The translations under genes were made by a program, and so were the position numbers. From a virus (Duplodnaviria > Caudoviricetes): a DNA stretch of 64,000 bases. Where the stretch lies: IMG/VR virus record IMGVR_UViG_3300020577_007013; one strand, given 5' to 3'. Positions 9,471-18,605 of the stretch are shown here, in pieces. The first letter of the stretch is position 1. Each line of letters starts with the position of its first letter. The notes beneath the pieces were generated by a model. The model did no database searches. It saw only the letters and a list, made by a program, of their open reading frames with translations, and was not told where the DNA came from.

Positions 9471-10568
9471 CTATCCAGCTGAAGCTCGTCTTCTCGGAGT
9501 TACGTTCTCTTGTAAAGGCCTGTCATTGAGTTTTTTCACTCCATTAATGACCTTCAGAAGAGTGTAATCGATAAGCTCTTTTGAAATGTAAGAGTAATTA
9601 AAGAGAGAGTAGAGAGTCTCTAAAGTAAAATCTACGACCTCATTACTTATATTATGAAGACCTTTGATGAGAGATGATCTATACTTTCCTAGGTCCACAC
9701 CCATTTGTTTTTTGTAAATGGAAATTATCATTCGACGTATCTGTTCTAATGACTCATCAGTGACTTCTGAATAGAAGATTTGCTCATTCCCAGTAAGAAG
9801 TCTTTCAGTGAGTTCGAAAATAGTCTTCTCACTTGCTATACTTAATTCCTTGAATAATTCATCTTCAGTCCAAATGTCTCCATTGAGAACTCTATCGAGC
9901 ATCATAAGAGATGTCCTCATTGATCCTTTAGAGTTCTCAGCAATAGCGATAAGCACATTCATCTTTACTTCATCAAGAGTGACTTCTTTCTTTTTGCAAA
10001 TGTCAACCAAAGCTTTTGCTACATCTTCATCATCTATAGGCTTGAGTTTGAACGGGACAGTTCTATTTTTAAGAGCGTCTGATGTTTTCTTATCATCCAT
10101 TGAAGTAAGAATGAAACAAACATTCTTCTTATTCTCCAATATCGAAAGAAAATCATCGTGAGCCTTACTACTTGCAAGTACTTTTTGAAATTCATTTATA
10201 AAAATGACTTTTTTCTTTGTGACTAAAGACTTTGTACTTGAAATTTGTTCAACAACAGAGACTTCGTCTTTATTAAAAGACGCTCCATTAAATTCGAAGC
10301 AATCCATAATAAAAGTCTCATCCATGATATCTTTGCAATTTTTACACTTACCACAAGGATTTCCTGTCTTCATATCAAGATCTGTACATTTCATTGACAT
10401 AGCTGCAATACGAGCAAGTGAAGTTTTTCCTGTACCACTTGACCCACTAAAATAAATGGCTGACGGCCAATTATTTTCTATCGCACGTTTTCTCAGTTCC
10501 TTAACGATCTTAGTATGTCCGACAACAGTGTCCCAATTATAGGGACGGACTTCTTGATATAAATTCAT
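9471..10568 (-). CDS. dnaX: DNA polymerase III gamma/tau-like clamp loader ATPase
   Basis: LYQEVRP..W..VVGH, Walker A GSSGTGKTS, C..PCGKCKNC zinc motif, GSMR sensor. Confidence 0.9.
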   Translation of the reverse strand: MNLYQEVRPYNWDTVVGHTKIVKELRKRAIENNWPSAIYFSGSSGTGKTSLARIAAMSMKCTDLDMKTGNPCGKCKNCKDIMDETFIMDCFEFNGASFNKDEVSVVEQISSTKSLVTKKKVIFINEFQKVLASSKAHDDFLSILENKKNVCFILTSMDDKKTSDALKNRTVPFKLKPIDDEDVAKALVDICKKKEVTLDEVKMNVLIAIAENSKGSMRTSLMMLDRVLNGDIWTEDELFKELSIASEKTIFELTERLLTGNEQIFYSEVTDESLEQIRRMIISIYKKQMGVDLGKYRSSLIKGLHNISNEVVDFTLETLYSLFNYSYISKELIDYTLLKVINGVKKLNDRPLQENVTPRRRASAG

Positions 10569-10852
10569 GGGAAAGGTATCTCCATTTGTGTATTTTCTTC
10601 TTGTTCTTCGGGTCTTCTGAGAAATGAGGAGTCATAAAGAGGGAGTAGTAGATTTCTCTCCAACATCACTTGATGAAGTTCCTCACAAAAATTGTTTGCT
10701 TCTTCGTTATCATGAAATGTCAACGATTTTATGACCCCATTTATGTAATGCAATGAGACAATTTCCTTTGATCCTGGAAAAACATTTCCTGATCTTTCTA
10801 TCTCAAGTATATTACTAAGACTGTGAAGAGAATTATTATGTGAGAAAAACAT
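10565..10852 (-). CDS. Hypothetical protein
   Basis: 95-aa ORF with GGAG SD, coupled to dnaX. Confidence 0.6.
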   Translation of the reverse strand: MFFSHNNSLHSLSNILEIERSGNVFPGSKEIVSLHYINGVIKSLTFHDNEEANNFCEELHQVMLERNLLLPLYDSSFLRRPEEQEENTQMEIPFP

Positions 10853-10861
10853 GAAGTCTCC

Positions 10862-11569
10862 TTAAAATATCGAAATCGCTTCTTCAAGATTCTCGATATC
10901 GTCTTTCTTGATTTTCTCTAAAGCTTTTTCTTTCTTGGTATCGTCTACCATCTCTTTGTATTTGAGCTTGACCGCTTCCAAAAAGTTTTTCTTCTTAATT
11001 CCAGTTCTTTCTTCTACAGCAGCAGAATTGATAATCTTGATTGAGTCTGATGCATTGCAGATCTCAGCTTGAAGTGGAAGAGATAATTCGAGAAGTCTCT
11101 TCATGAGCTCAGAAGTATAGATATCAAGTTGATTGATATTTTCTCCTGGAAAAATTTTAAACCAAACATCAAGAAGTTCGTCTTGATCAGCTTCTTCCAT
11201 TTCTTGGAATCGTTGAGAGAACACAATTTGTTTGTCTTCCATCGGATCTGTAATCTCAATCTTTACCCCTCTTTCAAGAAGTTTTTTGTTTATCTCATCT
11301 GACTTTCCTAAAAGTTGAAAGTATCTCACCAATGTGACAAACTTATCTAAAATTGCATCCATTTTTGGAGGAGAATCTTCTTTCGGGTATCCACCTTTAT
11401 AGTAGATCATATCATGAATAAACTTCAGATCAGATTTTTCTCTTCCCGTAAGATGTTGAAAAATCTTCTTTATTGGAGTAAACTTCTCACCGTAATACTG
11501 TTCATTAATGAGGAACCGGATTTGTCCAGAGTCCTCAACTGTTTTTGTGTAGAATTCTTGATCTTGCAT
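10862..11569 (-). CDS. Hypothetical protein
   Basis: 235-aa ORF, TATTATA-N8-ATG. Confidence 0.75.
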   Translation of the reverse strand: MQDQEFYTKTVEDSGQIRFLINEQYYGEKFTPIKKIFQHLTGREKSDLKFIHDMIYYKGGYPKEDSPPKMDAILDKFVTLVRYFQLLGKSDEINKKLLERGVKIEITDPMEDKQIVFSQRFQEMEEADQDELLDVWFKIFPGENINQLDIYTSELMKRLLELSLPLQAEICNASDSIKIINSAAVEERTGIKKKNFLEAVKLKYKEMVDDTKKEKALEKIKKDDIENLEEAISIF

Positions 11570-11609
11570 GGTACATTTATAATAGACCTTATGGAAGTAA
11601 CTAGCTTAT

Positions 11610-12095
11610 GTGGCCAAGACAATAGTTGGGGTAGATAATGGAACATCAGGGGCACTGACTATTATCGGAGAAGACAAAGTCATTTTCATTAAGACTCCTA
11701 TCAAACATGAGAAGTCTTATACAAAAAAGCCACAGACTATCTCTAGGATTGACTTCAATAAACTGACAGAGTTTTTGAGAGAGAATATTAAGGATCCATC
11801 AAACTGTCTAGCAGTTCTAGAGCGACCACTCATAAACCCCAGGAAATTCAAGACGACCCAATCGGCAATGAGATCTCTGGAAGCAACTCTTATTTGTTTA
11901 GAATCTTTCGGAATTGAAGTAAAGTATATTGACAGTAAAGAATGGCAAAGACATTTTTTTCCTGAAGTAGAAGGGAGAGAAAACTTAAAAGCTGCTTCCC
12001 TTAAATATGGTACTGAGAAATATCCAGAATTAGAATTCGAAGACGATGCTGATTCTCTTCTTATCGCCGAGTACGCTGAGAAGTTCCTTTCATAA
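11610..12095 (+). CDS. RuvC-like Holliday junction resolvase
   Basis: IVGVDNGTSGA, AVLERP, KEWQ, DDADSLLIAEY acidic RNase H-fold motifs. Confidence 0.85.
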   Translation: MAKTIVGVDNGTSGALTIIGEDKVIFIKTPIKHEKSYTKKPQTISRIDFNKLTEFLRENIKDPSNCLAVLERPLINPRKFKTTQSAMRSLEATLICLESFGIEVKYIDSKEWQRHFFPEVEGRENLKAASLKYGTEKYPELEFEDDADSLLIAEYAEKFLS

Positions 12096-12456
12096 CTTTA
12101 TTTCTTACAACTCTAGCTTGAGAAATAGTTCCGAATGTTCCGTAATGAACGTTCTCTATTGCTACACAAAATTTTCCATTCTTAGTTCTAATAATGTACT
12201 TGTCTTTGTCGGTTCTCTTTCTTCTGATCGGTTTAATCTTCATTGAAAGAAGCTTTTTCTTGTACTCTTTGACGTCAGAAGGATAGAGATAATTGACAAG
12301 ATCTTCTGTAGTCCATTTTCCATTCTTTTTGACATTTCTAAGAATAGCTCTCCTCTTCTTATTTTTTTCTACAATCCTCCATCCTTCAGTCGGAGGATAA
12401 GTGTGGATTTGCTCGACTATAACGATAGTCTGATATGAATTTACGAGTTTGATTCT
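12061..12456 (-). CDS. Putative DNA-binding protein with AP2-like C-terminus (paralog of 12456-12863)
   Basis: KYIIRTKNGKFCVAIENVHYGTFGTISQARVVRN resembles an AP2 domain. Confidence 0.55.
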   Translation of the reverse strand, partial: RIKLVNSYQTIVIVEQIHTYPPTEGWRIVEKNKKRRAILRNVKKNGKWTTEDLVNYLYPSDVKEYKKKLLSMKIKPIRRKRTDKDKYIIRTKNGKFCVAIENVHYGTFGTISQARVVRNKVMKGTSQRTRR

Positions 12457-12863
12457 CAAGCTGCTTTTCTCTCTTGTTCTTTAATGTAATTGTCTCTAAG
12501 CTTAATTGCTTTTTCCTTTTCTGACTCTGTTCCTACATAAGTGCCATTAACTTTGACTGAATAGACTATGCTTCGTCTATGATGGAGTTTATAAATATAC
12601 ATGTCTCCTAAATCACCGTTGATGATCTTCTTTTTACCAGCAAGTTTGACTCCAATGGTCTCTAATAATCTTTTGTACTCTGGAATAAAATCTTTCTTTA
12701 CGTAGCGTATGAAGTCTTCTACAATAAAATTTCTTTGGACCCTTAGATCTCTGACAATTTTTCTTTCACCGTTTTCCTTAATCATCCTCCAATCTCCTGT
12801 AGGAGGATTACCTATACAGTCGATATTGAGTCTATCTTTGTAGTTTGTAAGTTTTAATTCCAT
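12456..12863 (-). CDS. Putative DNA-binding protein with AP2-like C-terminus
   Basis: YSVKVNGTYVGTESEKEKAIKLRD; N-terminus aligns with the neighbour (PPTGDWR vs PPTEGWR). Confidence 0.55.
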   Translation of the reverse strand: MELKLTNYKDRLNIDCIGNPPTGDWRMIKENGERKIVRDLRVQRNFIVEDFIRYVKKDFIPEYKRLLETIGVKLAGKKKIINGDLGDMYIYKLHHRRSIVYSVKVNGTYVGTESEKEKAIKLRDNYIKEQERKAA

Positions 12864-12866
12864 TTT

Positions 12867-13130
12867 TTACTCCCAAGAAGTGTCTACATTACTTTTCTTT
12901 GAATATGGTGAAGGATGGGCAACCACATTTGTTTTGTATCCATTCTTTGCATTTCCTACTTTTCCTTCTGCTACGTAAGTCGCAGGTGCACCGTTTGAAA
13001 AGTCTCTAGTAGTATTTGTTGACTTACAATTTGGACATTCTGGATGTTCAGGAAAGTTTTCTTTGATGGAGTCTTTTTTGTACTCCCAATTATTTTGGCA
13101 GTCTTTACAATCATAATTCGATGTCTGCAT
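12867..13130 (-). CDS. FmdB-like zinc-ribbon protein
   Basis: YDCKDC...PECPNCKS. Confidence 0.75.
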   Translation of the reverse strand: MQTSNYDCKDCQNNWEYKKDSIKENFPEHPECPNCKSTNTTRDFSNGAPATYVAEGKVGNAKNGYKTNVVAHPSPYSKKSNVDTSWE

Positions 13131-13396
13131 TGCGTTGTTAATCCCCTAATCCTGAAAAAATTTCTAAAAAAGATGAAATGAGGTCGACAAGTGCTTCAAC
13201 AATAAGTGACATGACTTGAAACCTAAGTAGTACCGTAAGGAATCCTACAAGTCCTATTGCTGAAAATAGAATAATCCATCCAGTACTCATTTTCTCTTCA
13301 TTTCCTTCTTGTAGAGTCTATCAGTGACTTTGTAAAGTTTGATGACTGCAATAATCATTGCTATAAAAAAGAATGCAACGATTCCGTATCCGAACA

Positions 13397-13624
13397 TTAT
13401 TTCTTAAGATATTTATATGCGAGATATCCTACTCCACCAAGAAGTGCGATAAAGAAGATTACTTTAAAGAATGAGAATAAAAGCAACTCTCCAACAGCGA
13501 GTCCAAATGAGAAGAGAATGTAAATGAATACATTTGATTTGACTGTAGAACTCCCATTTAACTTTTCTAGGAGTTTGTAGTTCACGAACGTGAGTACGGC
13601 GAGAATGAGTATATTGACTAGCAT
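13397..13624 (-). CDS. Small membrane protein
   Basis: Three hydrophobic segments and a basic C-terminus. Confidence 0.6.
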   Translation of the reverse strand: MLVNILILAVLTFVNYKLLEKLNGSSTVKSNVFIYILFSFGLAVGELLLFSFFKVIFFIALLGGVGYLAYKYLKK

Positions 13625-13966
13625 TTATTTTCCCCTTTCGTCTATATTAAATTCTTTTTCAGTAATCTTAAGCTTCTTAGCTAAATTAAGAGCCACTGAT
13701 CTGTATTTTATATTAGAACTTTCGCATTCGTCCAGTTTTTTCTCTAAGTCACTCGTTGACTTTTTGTCATTTTTAGTTCTATAAATCAAGTCGACAAGTC
13801 TAGAAGATTGAAGAGCGACTAAGAATATGAGAAAAATTCCTAGAATCTTTGCTATTAACACTTTCTCTTGAATAAATTTTCTCCAGAGAATAGAGTAGTA
13901 GAGCTTGATTTTGGAAAATGCTTTCTCTTTAAAGTTTGCCCATTGGACCTTGGTCTCTAATTTCAT
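13625..13966 (-). CDS. Single-TM protein with coiled coil
   Basis: ILGIFLIFLVAL followed by a heptad region. Confidence 0.6.
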   Translation of the reverse strand: MKLETKVQWANFKEKAFSKIKLYYSILWRKFIQEKVLIAKILGIFLIFLVALQSSRLVDLIYRTKNDKKSTSDLEKKLDECESSNIKYRSVALNLAKKLKITEKEFNIDERGK

Positions 13967-14604
13967 TCTTCTCCTGGAGTAATATCATATTCCTTATCAG
14001 GAATCTGAAGTTTTTCGATTTGGAGATATTTATTATCATTGGTGACTTTTTCTTCATGAGCAGTTAAAGCTTTCAAACAATTCTCCAATAGTCTTTGTTC
14101 ATCGTCTAAACGTTTTGTCTTGACAATAATGTCACGATTTATGAAAGCTCTAGATTCGAGTCTCGCAGAGACTTCGAAGATAATAGTCTTGAGAGTATTT
14201 GCATTCTCATCCCAATTCCTTTGATGAGCTTTAATTTGTTGTTCTTGAAGTTCAAGCCGATCTTTCAAGATGGCCAATTCCAAGACTCTTTCTTTGTCTT
14301 CTTTTTCGAACTTTTCTCTAAGAGCTCTTTGCTTACTCTTATGCATTTGTGACTGTTGAACAATTGTTCCTTCCAAAGAAGAGATCTTATCCTCTAACTC
14401 CTTTCTTTGTTTGTTCCATTCTACGTGATCTCTTTGACGAGTATCACTGCATTCTTTTCTTAAGTCATTGGCTTGTTTTTCTAGAGACTCTTTATAGTTT
14501 TTCTCTCGAATTTCTTGAGTTACCTGAAAGTCTTTCTTGAGTTTAAGCCCAAGATTTGTAAGTTTTCTGTGCTGACGTGTAGCCAGCCATCTTGTAAAAA
14601 ACAT
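13963..14604 (-). CDS. Coiled-coil hypothetical protein
   Basis: 213-aa charged ORF, TAATATA-N11-ATG. Confidence 0.7.
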   Translation of the reverse strand: MFFTRWLATRQHRKLTNLGLKLKKDFQVTQEIREKNYKESLEKQANDLRKECSDTRQRDHVEWNKQRKELEDKISSLEGTIVQQSQMHKSKQRALREKFEKEDKERVLELAILKDRLELQEQQIKAHQRNWDENANTLKTIIFEVSARLESRAFINRDIIVKTKRLDDEQRLLENCLKALTAHEEKVTNDNKYLQIEKLQIPDKEYDITPGEE

Positions 14605-14807
14605 CTTACCTAGAGTATATTATGAATTCTGGAGTCGACTAAATTTTCTCGATTTCTGTCGGTAAAGCTTGAAGTAATAGTTGGTGATTGTCTAAGTCGA
14701 GTACGTAGGACTCAGGATCTTCGTAGATATCGAAGATTTTTCCTTCCATTCCTTCTGCCTTAAAGAAAAAAGAGTTTTGTTTTTTGATTCTGATTCGATC
14801 GCCGATT

Positions 14808-15350
14808 TTAAGTGCCACTATAGATCAGTTCCCCATCTTTGAAACCTTTTTGGAGTAATTCATTCGCCATTTTTTCTGACTCGTGTTCAAGACCGGGAGC
14901 ATATCTTTCAGATTTATAATTACAGAAGACTATTTTGAGATCGATCGGTTCTTCTAAGATTCTTCCTAGAGATTTAAAGAATTCAAACTCGTTAGGATAC
15001 CTTAAATCAGAGATGCAAAATTTTGTAATTCCGTTCTCTATATGATTCCAAAAATGTATTTTCCATTGTTGAATCCAGAGATCTTCTCCAAGTTTTTCTC
15101 TCAAACCGTTTCCGATTCTCCTTAGAATGTCTCTTCCTAAACATTTTTTTCCTAAGAAGGAAATCTCAGTCACTTTGAACTTTTCGTATTCTTCATGATT
15201 TTCAGGTCTCCAATCTAAGATCATCCATGTAATTTCTCTAACCTCGTCTGCAAAATTAAGATGAAAGTATCCTTCCTCTTTTACAAGCTTCTGACAGTTA
15301 AAATCTTTTCCCGATCCCTGAACTCCTATAAATGGTCTGAGATATATCAT
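14808..15350 (-). CDS. Deoxynucleoside monophosphate kinase
   Basis: GVQGSGKD, NFADEVR, GRDILRRIG, ISDLRYPNE, HESE. Confidence 0.85.
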   Translation of the reverse strand: MIYLRPFIGVQGSGKDFNCQKLVKEEGYFHLNFADEVREITWMILDWRPENHEEYEKFKVTEISFLGKKCLGRDILRRIGNGLREKLGEDLWIQQWKIHFWNHIENGITKFCISDLRYPNEFEFFKSLGRILEEPIDLKIVFCNYKSERYAPGLEHESEKMANELLQKGFKDGELIYSGT

Positions 15351-15361
15351 AAGTACTCCTT

Positions 15362-15389
15362 AAAAAAGCCGGCCCTTAATTTGGCCGGC
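15362..15389 (-). terminator. Intrinsic terminator after terC
   Basis: GCCGGCC stem with 8-nt loop, then T6 on the minus strand. Confidence 0.8.
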
Positions 15390-15405
15390 ATCGAATGTTG
15401 AGGTA

Positions 15406-16335
15406 TTAATTCTCTTCCGCTTTCTCTGGAAAGAAAATAGAGGCGACGATTCCTCCTGTTAAGCAGACGAGAACGACGACTAGACTTGCATTTGGTGATA
15501 TGTGGAATATGTCTAAAGCAGCCAAGATCATCTTAACTCCGATAAAGATTAGAAGTACAATGACTCCTTTCTCTAGATGGGTCAAATATCGTTTTGCAGC
15601 AGACAGAAGGAAGTACATACTTCTGAGCCCCAATATCGCGAAGATATTTGATGTGTAGACCAAGTACGGATCTTGAGTAATGGAGATGACTGCAGGTACT
15701 GAGTCAAAAGCAAACATTACGTCTGCAATTTCCAATGCAACCAAGCAAAGAAGTAATGGAGTGATAAGAAGTTTCCCATCCACTTTCTTAAAGAAGTCAT
15801 GGTCTTGAATTTTCGGATAAACGTTAAAGAACCTTTTAGTCATCCTAACGCTCCAATGATTCGTGTAGTCCTCTTGCTCTTCTCCATCATCAGACTCATT
15901 GTTCTGCAACATTTTCCAAGCAGACCAAAGAACAAAGATACCGAAAGCGACTAAAACCCATTTACTTACCAGTAACAGACTTGTTCCTAATCCAACAAAG
16001 ATCAACCTCAATACGAGTGCTCCTATAATACCATAATAGAGTACTCTGTGTTGATACTTATCTGAAATAGCGAAGCTACTAAAGATAGCCATGAACACAA
16101 ATAGATTGTCTACTGATAAGCTCTTTTCTAGAAAGTAGCCTGACAGAAACAAACTCGAGTGTTCCGGACTTTGAGTTACGTAAAGGTATCCAGCAAAAGC
16201 TAAAGAGACTGCAATCCAGAATCCACTCCAGATTGCAGCATTCTTCAACGAAATTGCTTCGTCTTTTTTGTGGCTATAGAGATCTACAATCAGAGCAGCA
16301 ACCACGACTGCTCCGAATATTGCGATATTTACCAT
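15406..16335 (-). CDS. terC: TerC/Alx-family membrane protein
   Basis: LEKSLSVDNLFVF, QHRVLYYGIIGALVLR, DVMFAFDSVPAV, SNIFAILGLRSMYF. Confidence 0.95.
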   Translation of the reverse strand: MVNIAIFGAVVVAALIVDLYSHKKDEAISLKNAAIWSGFWIAVSLAFAGYLYVTQSPEHSSLFLSGYFLEKSLSVDNLFVFMAIFSSFAISDKYQHRVLYYGIIGALVLRLIFVGLGTSLLLVSKWVLVAFGIFVLWSAWKMLQNNESDDGEEQEDYTNHWSVRMTKRFFNVYPKIQDHDFFKKVDGKLLITPLLLCLVALEIADVMFAFDSVPAVISITQDPYLVYTSNIFAILGLRSMYFLLSAAKRYLTHLEKGVIVLLIFIGVKMILAALDIFHISPNASLVVVLVCLTGGIVASIFFPEKAEEN

Positions 16336-16348
16336 TTAAGGCTCCTTT

Positions 16349-16909
16349 TTATAATTTGGATTCGATGAGAGGCATCATATCATGGAATGTTCTTCCATGG
16401 CAGTTTTCTCCTATCGCTTCCATCTTCCAACCTTTAGAAGACCGTTCGAGTTTAGCCATGACCATGGCTGTGTGATCTCCTTGACAAGAGAGATCATACT
16501 TAGCAATTTCAGCATTGTTGGTTGCGTCAACCAATCTGCAGAAAGCTTTCTTCACAGAACTGAAAGTCTGACCTGTAAAGTTGTTGACGACAAAGATTAA
16601 TTTGTCAGCTTCTTCTTTAAGAGAAATCAGATCCACTGTGATGACTTCGTTGTCTCCTGATCCAGCTCCGACACGATCATCACCACTGTGCTTGATGTTT
16701 TTGTCTTTACTGACCAATTGTCTGAACCAGACTTGATCGATCAGCTTTCCTTTTTTGTTGAAGACGAGACATGAAGCATCAAGATCGACGTCTCCTCCAC
16801 TTAACCAGCCACCAGCTTTCCAGCCGAGACCCATTTTAACAGATGTGTACCCACTTCCGTCAGTTTTTTCAAGGTTGATCTTGTCACCTTTTGCGAGTGA
16901 TATGCTCAT
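16349..16909 (-). CDS. TerD-family stress protein (TerZ-like)
   Basis: MGLGW, DLDASC, VWFRQL, HSGDDRVG, DNEVI, WKMEAIGE. Confidence 0.9.
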   Translation of the reverse strand: MSISLAKGDKINLEKTDGSGYTSVKMGLGWKAGGWLSGGDVDLDASCLVFNKKGKLIDQVWFRQLVSKDKNIKHSGDDRVGAGSGDNEVITVDLISLKEEADKLIFVVNNFTGQTFSSVKKAFCRLVDATNNAEIAKYDLSCQGDHTAMVMAKLERSSKGWKMEAIGENCHGRTFHDMMPLIESKL

Positions 16910-16940
16910 TTTCTTTTCTCCTTTTCTTATTTCTTATAAG

Positions 16941-17513
16941 TCAATCTACATCGATTCCATAATTTGCGCAAAGTTTTCTTAAGCCACCTTTGACACCTTG
17001 TCCGATAGCTTTGAAGACCCATTCAGAACCGTCTCTATGAATCTCTCCGAAGATCATAGCTGACTCATTCTTAGAGTCTTCATCAAGAGTGAACTTACAA
17101 ATTTCATCTCCAGATTCTTTGTTGACGAGTCTTATGTAAGCATTCTTTACTTTGCCGAAAGTTTGCTTACGTTTGTCAGCTTCGTGAATCGTAACGACAG
17201 CTACAAGTTTTTCGACTTCTTGAGGGACTTTCTTGAGAATGACTTCAATGACTTCATCATCTTCGTCATCCCCACCACCAGTTCTGTTATCACCTGTATG
17301 GTGAACACTTTTGCAGGAACTGTCTGGATTGTTGTAGAATACAAAGTCCTTTTCACTGTTGACGATTCCTTTGGAATTCACCATGAAAAGACTTGCGTCT
17401 AGGTCGAAGTTTTCTCTTTCACCGACGTCCCAACCTAAGCAGATTTGAATCTCCTTAAGTTTGGAGTCCTTACTGAGAGAGAGTGATTTGTTTTTTGTTA
17501 GTGATACACTCAT
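16941..17513 (-). CDS. terD: TerD-family stress protein
   Basis: LGWD, FDLDAS, FVFYNN, HTGDNRTG, WVFKAIGQG; true start MSVSL at 17513 (ATGA overlap), not 17585. Confidence 0.9.
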   Translation of the reverse strand: MSVSLTKNKSLSLSKDSKLKEIQICLGWDVGERENFDLDASLFMVNSKGIVNSEKDFVFYNNPDSSCKSVHHTGDNRTGGGDDEDDEVIEVILKKVPQEVEKLVAVVTIHEADKRKQTFGKVKNAYIRLVNKESGDEICKFTLDEDSKNESAMIFGEIHRDGSEWVFKAIGQGVKGGLRKLCANYGIDVD

Positions 17514-18082
17514 GCGAGTCCTACCTGTTCGAGCATTTTTGACAATCCGCCTTTGAAGCCTTGACCAATGGCTTTGAATTTCCATTCGTCATCCTTCTTG
17601 TAAAGTTCTCCGAAGATCATTGCTGCCTCAGTAGAGGCGTCTTCAGAGAGATCGAATCGACAAATCTCTTTGTTTGATTTTTGATCTTCCACTCTTATGA
17701 AGCAAGAAGATACCATTCCGAAGTTCTGTTTTCGTTCAACAGCTTCATGAATTGTGACAAGAAATTGGATCTTGTCGATGTGAGAAGGAACTTTTGAAAG
17801 ATCCACAAGAAGAGACTCATCATCTCCGTCTCCTGCACCTGTTCGATTGTCACCTGTGTGTTTTACACTCTCACATTTGCTTTTCAGATTGTTGTAAAAT
17901 ACAAAGTCTTTGTCATCTTTGCATTTTCCATCTGAACCGAGAAGAAAAGCTGAAGCGTCAAGGTCGAAACCGTCACCGTCAGTCTTTCTTACATCCCATC
18001 CTAAGCCAACTCGAATTTTAGAAAGTCCTTTGACCTCTTTGGAAAGATTGGCATTTCCACCTTTTTGTAAATTGATACTCAT
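17510..18082 (-). CDS. terD: TerD/TerE-family stress protein
   Basis: MSINLQKGGNANLSK, GLGWD, FDLDASAF, HTGDNRTGAGDGDDE, QNFGMV, WKFKAIGQG. Confidence 0.95.
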   Translation of the reverse strand: MSINLQKGGNANLSKEVKGLSKIRVGLGWDVRKTDGDGFDLDASAFLLGSDGKCKDDKDFVFYNNLKSKCESVKHTGDNRTGAGDGDDESLLVDLSKVPSHIDKIQFLVTIHEAVERKQNFGMVSSCFIRVEDQKSNKEICRFDLSEDASTEAAMIFGELYKKDDEWKFKAIGQGFKGGLSKMLEQVGLA

Positions 18083-18095
18083 TCTTTTCTCCTTT

Positions 18096-18605
18096 TCATA
18101 ATTGTAGTTGCTTGAAAAAATTTATTTCCAATTTCATTGAGTCGACTTCCTCTTCTTTCATTTTCTGAAAGAACTCTGTGAGAAAGTCAATCGACATCTC
18201 GAAGCTAGGTTTCACCTCTTCGAAGAATTGTATGAGCTCATTGACGTCTTCAGAATTCTGGCTGAGCTTGATATATTTGTCAAGAATACTTTTCAGACTG
18301 TCGATGTGATAGATGAAGACTTGTTTACTCACAGTAAGCTTCTGCTCGTCATGCTCAATATAGGTCAAGATCTCGTCCAACAGCTTTGTAATATTTCTCA
18401 ACTGCCTACGAACAATTGCGTTACTGACTTGTTCGATTCTGGTTGAGAGAACTGTGATCTTACTTCTATATCTCTTAATCTCTTCTTCCTTCTCATCTCT
18501 CAAACTTCTAGTGACTTCTGTCTGAGGAGCTTGAAGTTGTGGTCGATCAGGTCTTGAAAAGACTTTGATCAACCAATGAGCTAATGATAAAAAGAACTTT
18601 CTCAT
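18096..18605 (-). CDS. XpaC-like (5-bromo-4-chloroindolyl phosphate hydrolysis family) protein
   Basis: Helical protein with F.YH...L..ILDKYI.L pattern, adjacent to telA as in xpaC-telA pairs. Confidence 0.6.
   Translation of the reverse strand: MRKFFLSLAHWLIKVFSRPDRPQLQAPQTEVTRSLRDEKEEEIKRYRSKITVLSTRIEQVSNAIVRRQLRNITKLLDEILTYIEHDEQKLTVSKQVFIYHIDSLKSILDKYIKLSQNSEDVNELIQFFEEVKPSFEMSIDFLTEFFQKMKEEEVDSMKLEINFFKQLQL

Noticed and set aside
13138-14604. Holin/spanin lysis cassette
   Set aside because: Small TM and coiled-coil ORFs are present, but no adjacent endolysin or lipoprotein o-spanin supports it
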